From: a virus | Lineage: Duplodnaviria > Caudoviricetes | Virus record (IMG/VR): IMGVR_UViG_3300033074_001459 | Span: 207-64,206 of that record | Reading direction: 5' to 3' (one strand) | DNA length: 64,000 nucleotides | Shown here: positions 63,260 to 64,000 of the stretch, piece by piece | Layout: each line of letters opens with the position of its first letter | How positions within the stretch are numbered: the first letter of the stretch is position 1 | Notes under the pieces: model-generated | The model's database searches: none | What the model saw: the letters and a program-made list of their open reading frames with translations, nothing else | Told to the model about the DNA's origin: nothing | Made by a program: the position numbers and the translations under genes

Positions 63260-64000
63260 ATGCCACAGACCGACGAACTGAGAGAAGAGGAGTACACTCG
63301 TGCGTCTTACCCCGACTACACGAGTGCTGCGGACGATGCTGAGGCGTTGCTGGCACGTTATGCAGATTTAGACCGAGGGTACAAAGGTGAGCATCTATCC
63401 CCAGAGACTCAAGCGCAAGCCGAAGAACTCCGCAGACTGCAAGCAGATGCAGAAGCAGAGGGAGAGACCGTCGAGCACGAGGCTGCAGAGACCCCGCAGC
63501 AAGAGGCCAGTGAAGAGGACGGGTACGAGGAAGAGGGAGAGGTCATCCCCGACGATGATATGGAAGGACCTGTCATCCCCGATGGAGAGCGCCTAGACTC
63601 CCCTCAGTCTTTGGTGGCTGAGCGAGCCGCCGCTGTAGGTACCGGTTTGGAAGAAGCTGCCAAGGGTGCAAGCGAGCTGACGGAAACCCAGAAGCTGGAT
63701 GCATACATCAAGAAGTCGGTGGAAGACTGGGCGAAAAGTACCGGTAGGGATTACGAGGGGCTGTTTGCCAAATCGACTCCGAAACAGACTGGGCCTGCCG
63801 CTTCCCCCAGACCCGCTCCGCGCACCGGTGCCCCCGCTGCAGAGACTCGGGTGCAGACCAATGGTGGACAGCGTCGGCAGGATCTGGAGCGAGAGGCGTC
63901 TGGGTACCGAAATCAAGGTGGAGGAGCCCCAGCTCGTCCGAATCCTCCTGTCAAACCTGCAGAGAAGCCTAAAGTTGGCCGGTTTGACGACGGAGTACCC
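63260..64000 (+). CDS. Acidic N-terminal part of a putative internal virion protein (open at right edge)
   Basis: GAGGAGG RBS; ATG 63260 (MPQTDELREEEY…) with no stop before the window end. Confidence 0.65.
   Translation, partial: MPQTDELREEEYTRASYPDYTSAADDAEALLARYADLDRGYKGEHLSPETQAQAEELRRLQADAEAEGETVEHEAAETPQQEASEEDGYEEEGEVIPDDDMEGPVIPDGERLDSPQSLVAERAAAVGTGLEEAAKGASELTETQKLDAYIKKSVEDWAKSTGRDYEGLFAKSTPKQTGPAASPRPAPRTGAPAAETRVQTNGGQRRQDLEREASGYRNQGGGAPARPNPPVKPAEKPKVGRFDDGVP

Larger units (their letters stand above)
982..63445. repeat. Dispersed over-represented octamer TGCAAGCA/TGCTTGCA
   Basis: 33 exact copies counted by eye on both strands; coordinates listed in findings. Confidence 0.85.

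Noticed and set aside
1-64000. Genome-wide stop-codon reassignment
   Set aside because: TGA, TAG and TAA all terminate well-defined genes, often in stop-start overlaps; only one gene has an internal stop.
1-64000. CRISPR array, diversity-generating retroelement, retron, integrase or transposase
   Set aside because: No regularly spaced repeat-spacer array, reverse transcriptase (YxDD), adenine-specific TR/VR pair or recombinase motifs seen.

Overview
The window is most of a tailed dsDNA phage genome (open ORFs at both edges), with podovirus-type morphogenesis genes and no integrase seen. Plus strand 46.9-64 kb, continuing at 1-20 kb: terminase (mini-intein in the Walker A motif), portal, scaffold, major capsid, adaptor/nozzle, GNAT, ejection proteins (including a 2515-aa protein with M15-peptidase and lytic transglycosylase domains), ATP-grasp-like protein, fibres, holin-like genes and a C39 endolysin. 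Minus strand 20-43.4 kb: RusA, SbcC/D-like pair, primase, DnaB-like helicase, RecA-like protein, SSB, UvsY-like protein, UDG-like-fused PolA, SNF2 helicase, HNH, Lar-like, DUF932 and beta-clamp-like genes. A control region and micro-ORF chain lie at 43.4-46.8 kb. The best unexplained signal is a 229-bp cassette (33235-33463, minus strand) of two tandem CCA-ended tRNA-like RNAs without D-arms, one with the G3.U70 alanine determinant, bracketed by identical 24-bp hairpin repeats. Other notable signals are a genome-wide over-represented octamer TGCAAGCA (33 copies counted by eye), two candidate programmed frameshifts, and a methyltransferase split by one in-frame TGA. All family calls come from motif recognition by eye; no database searches were run.
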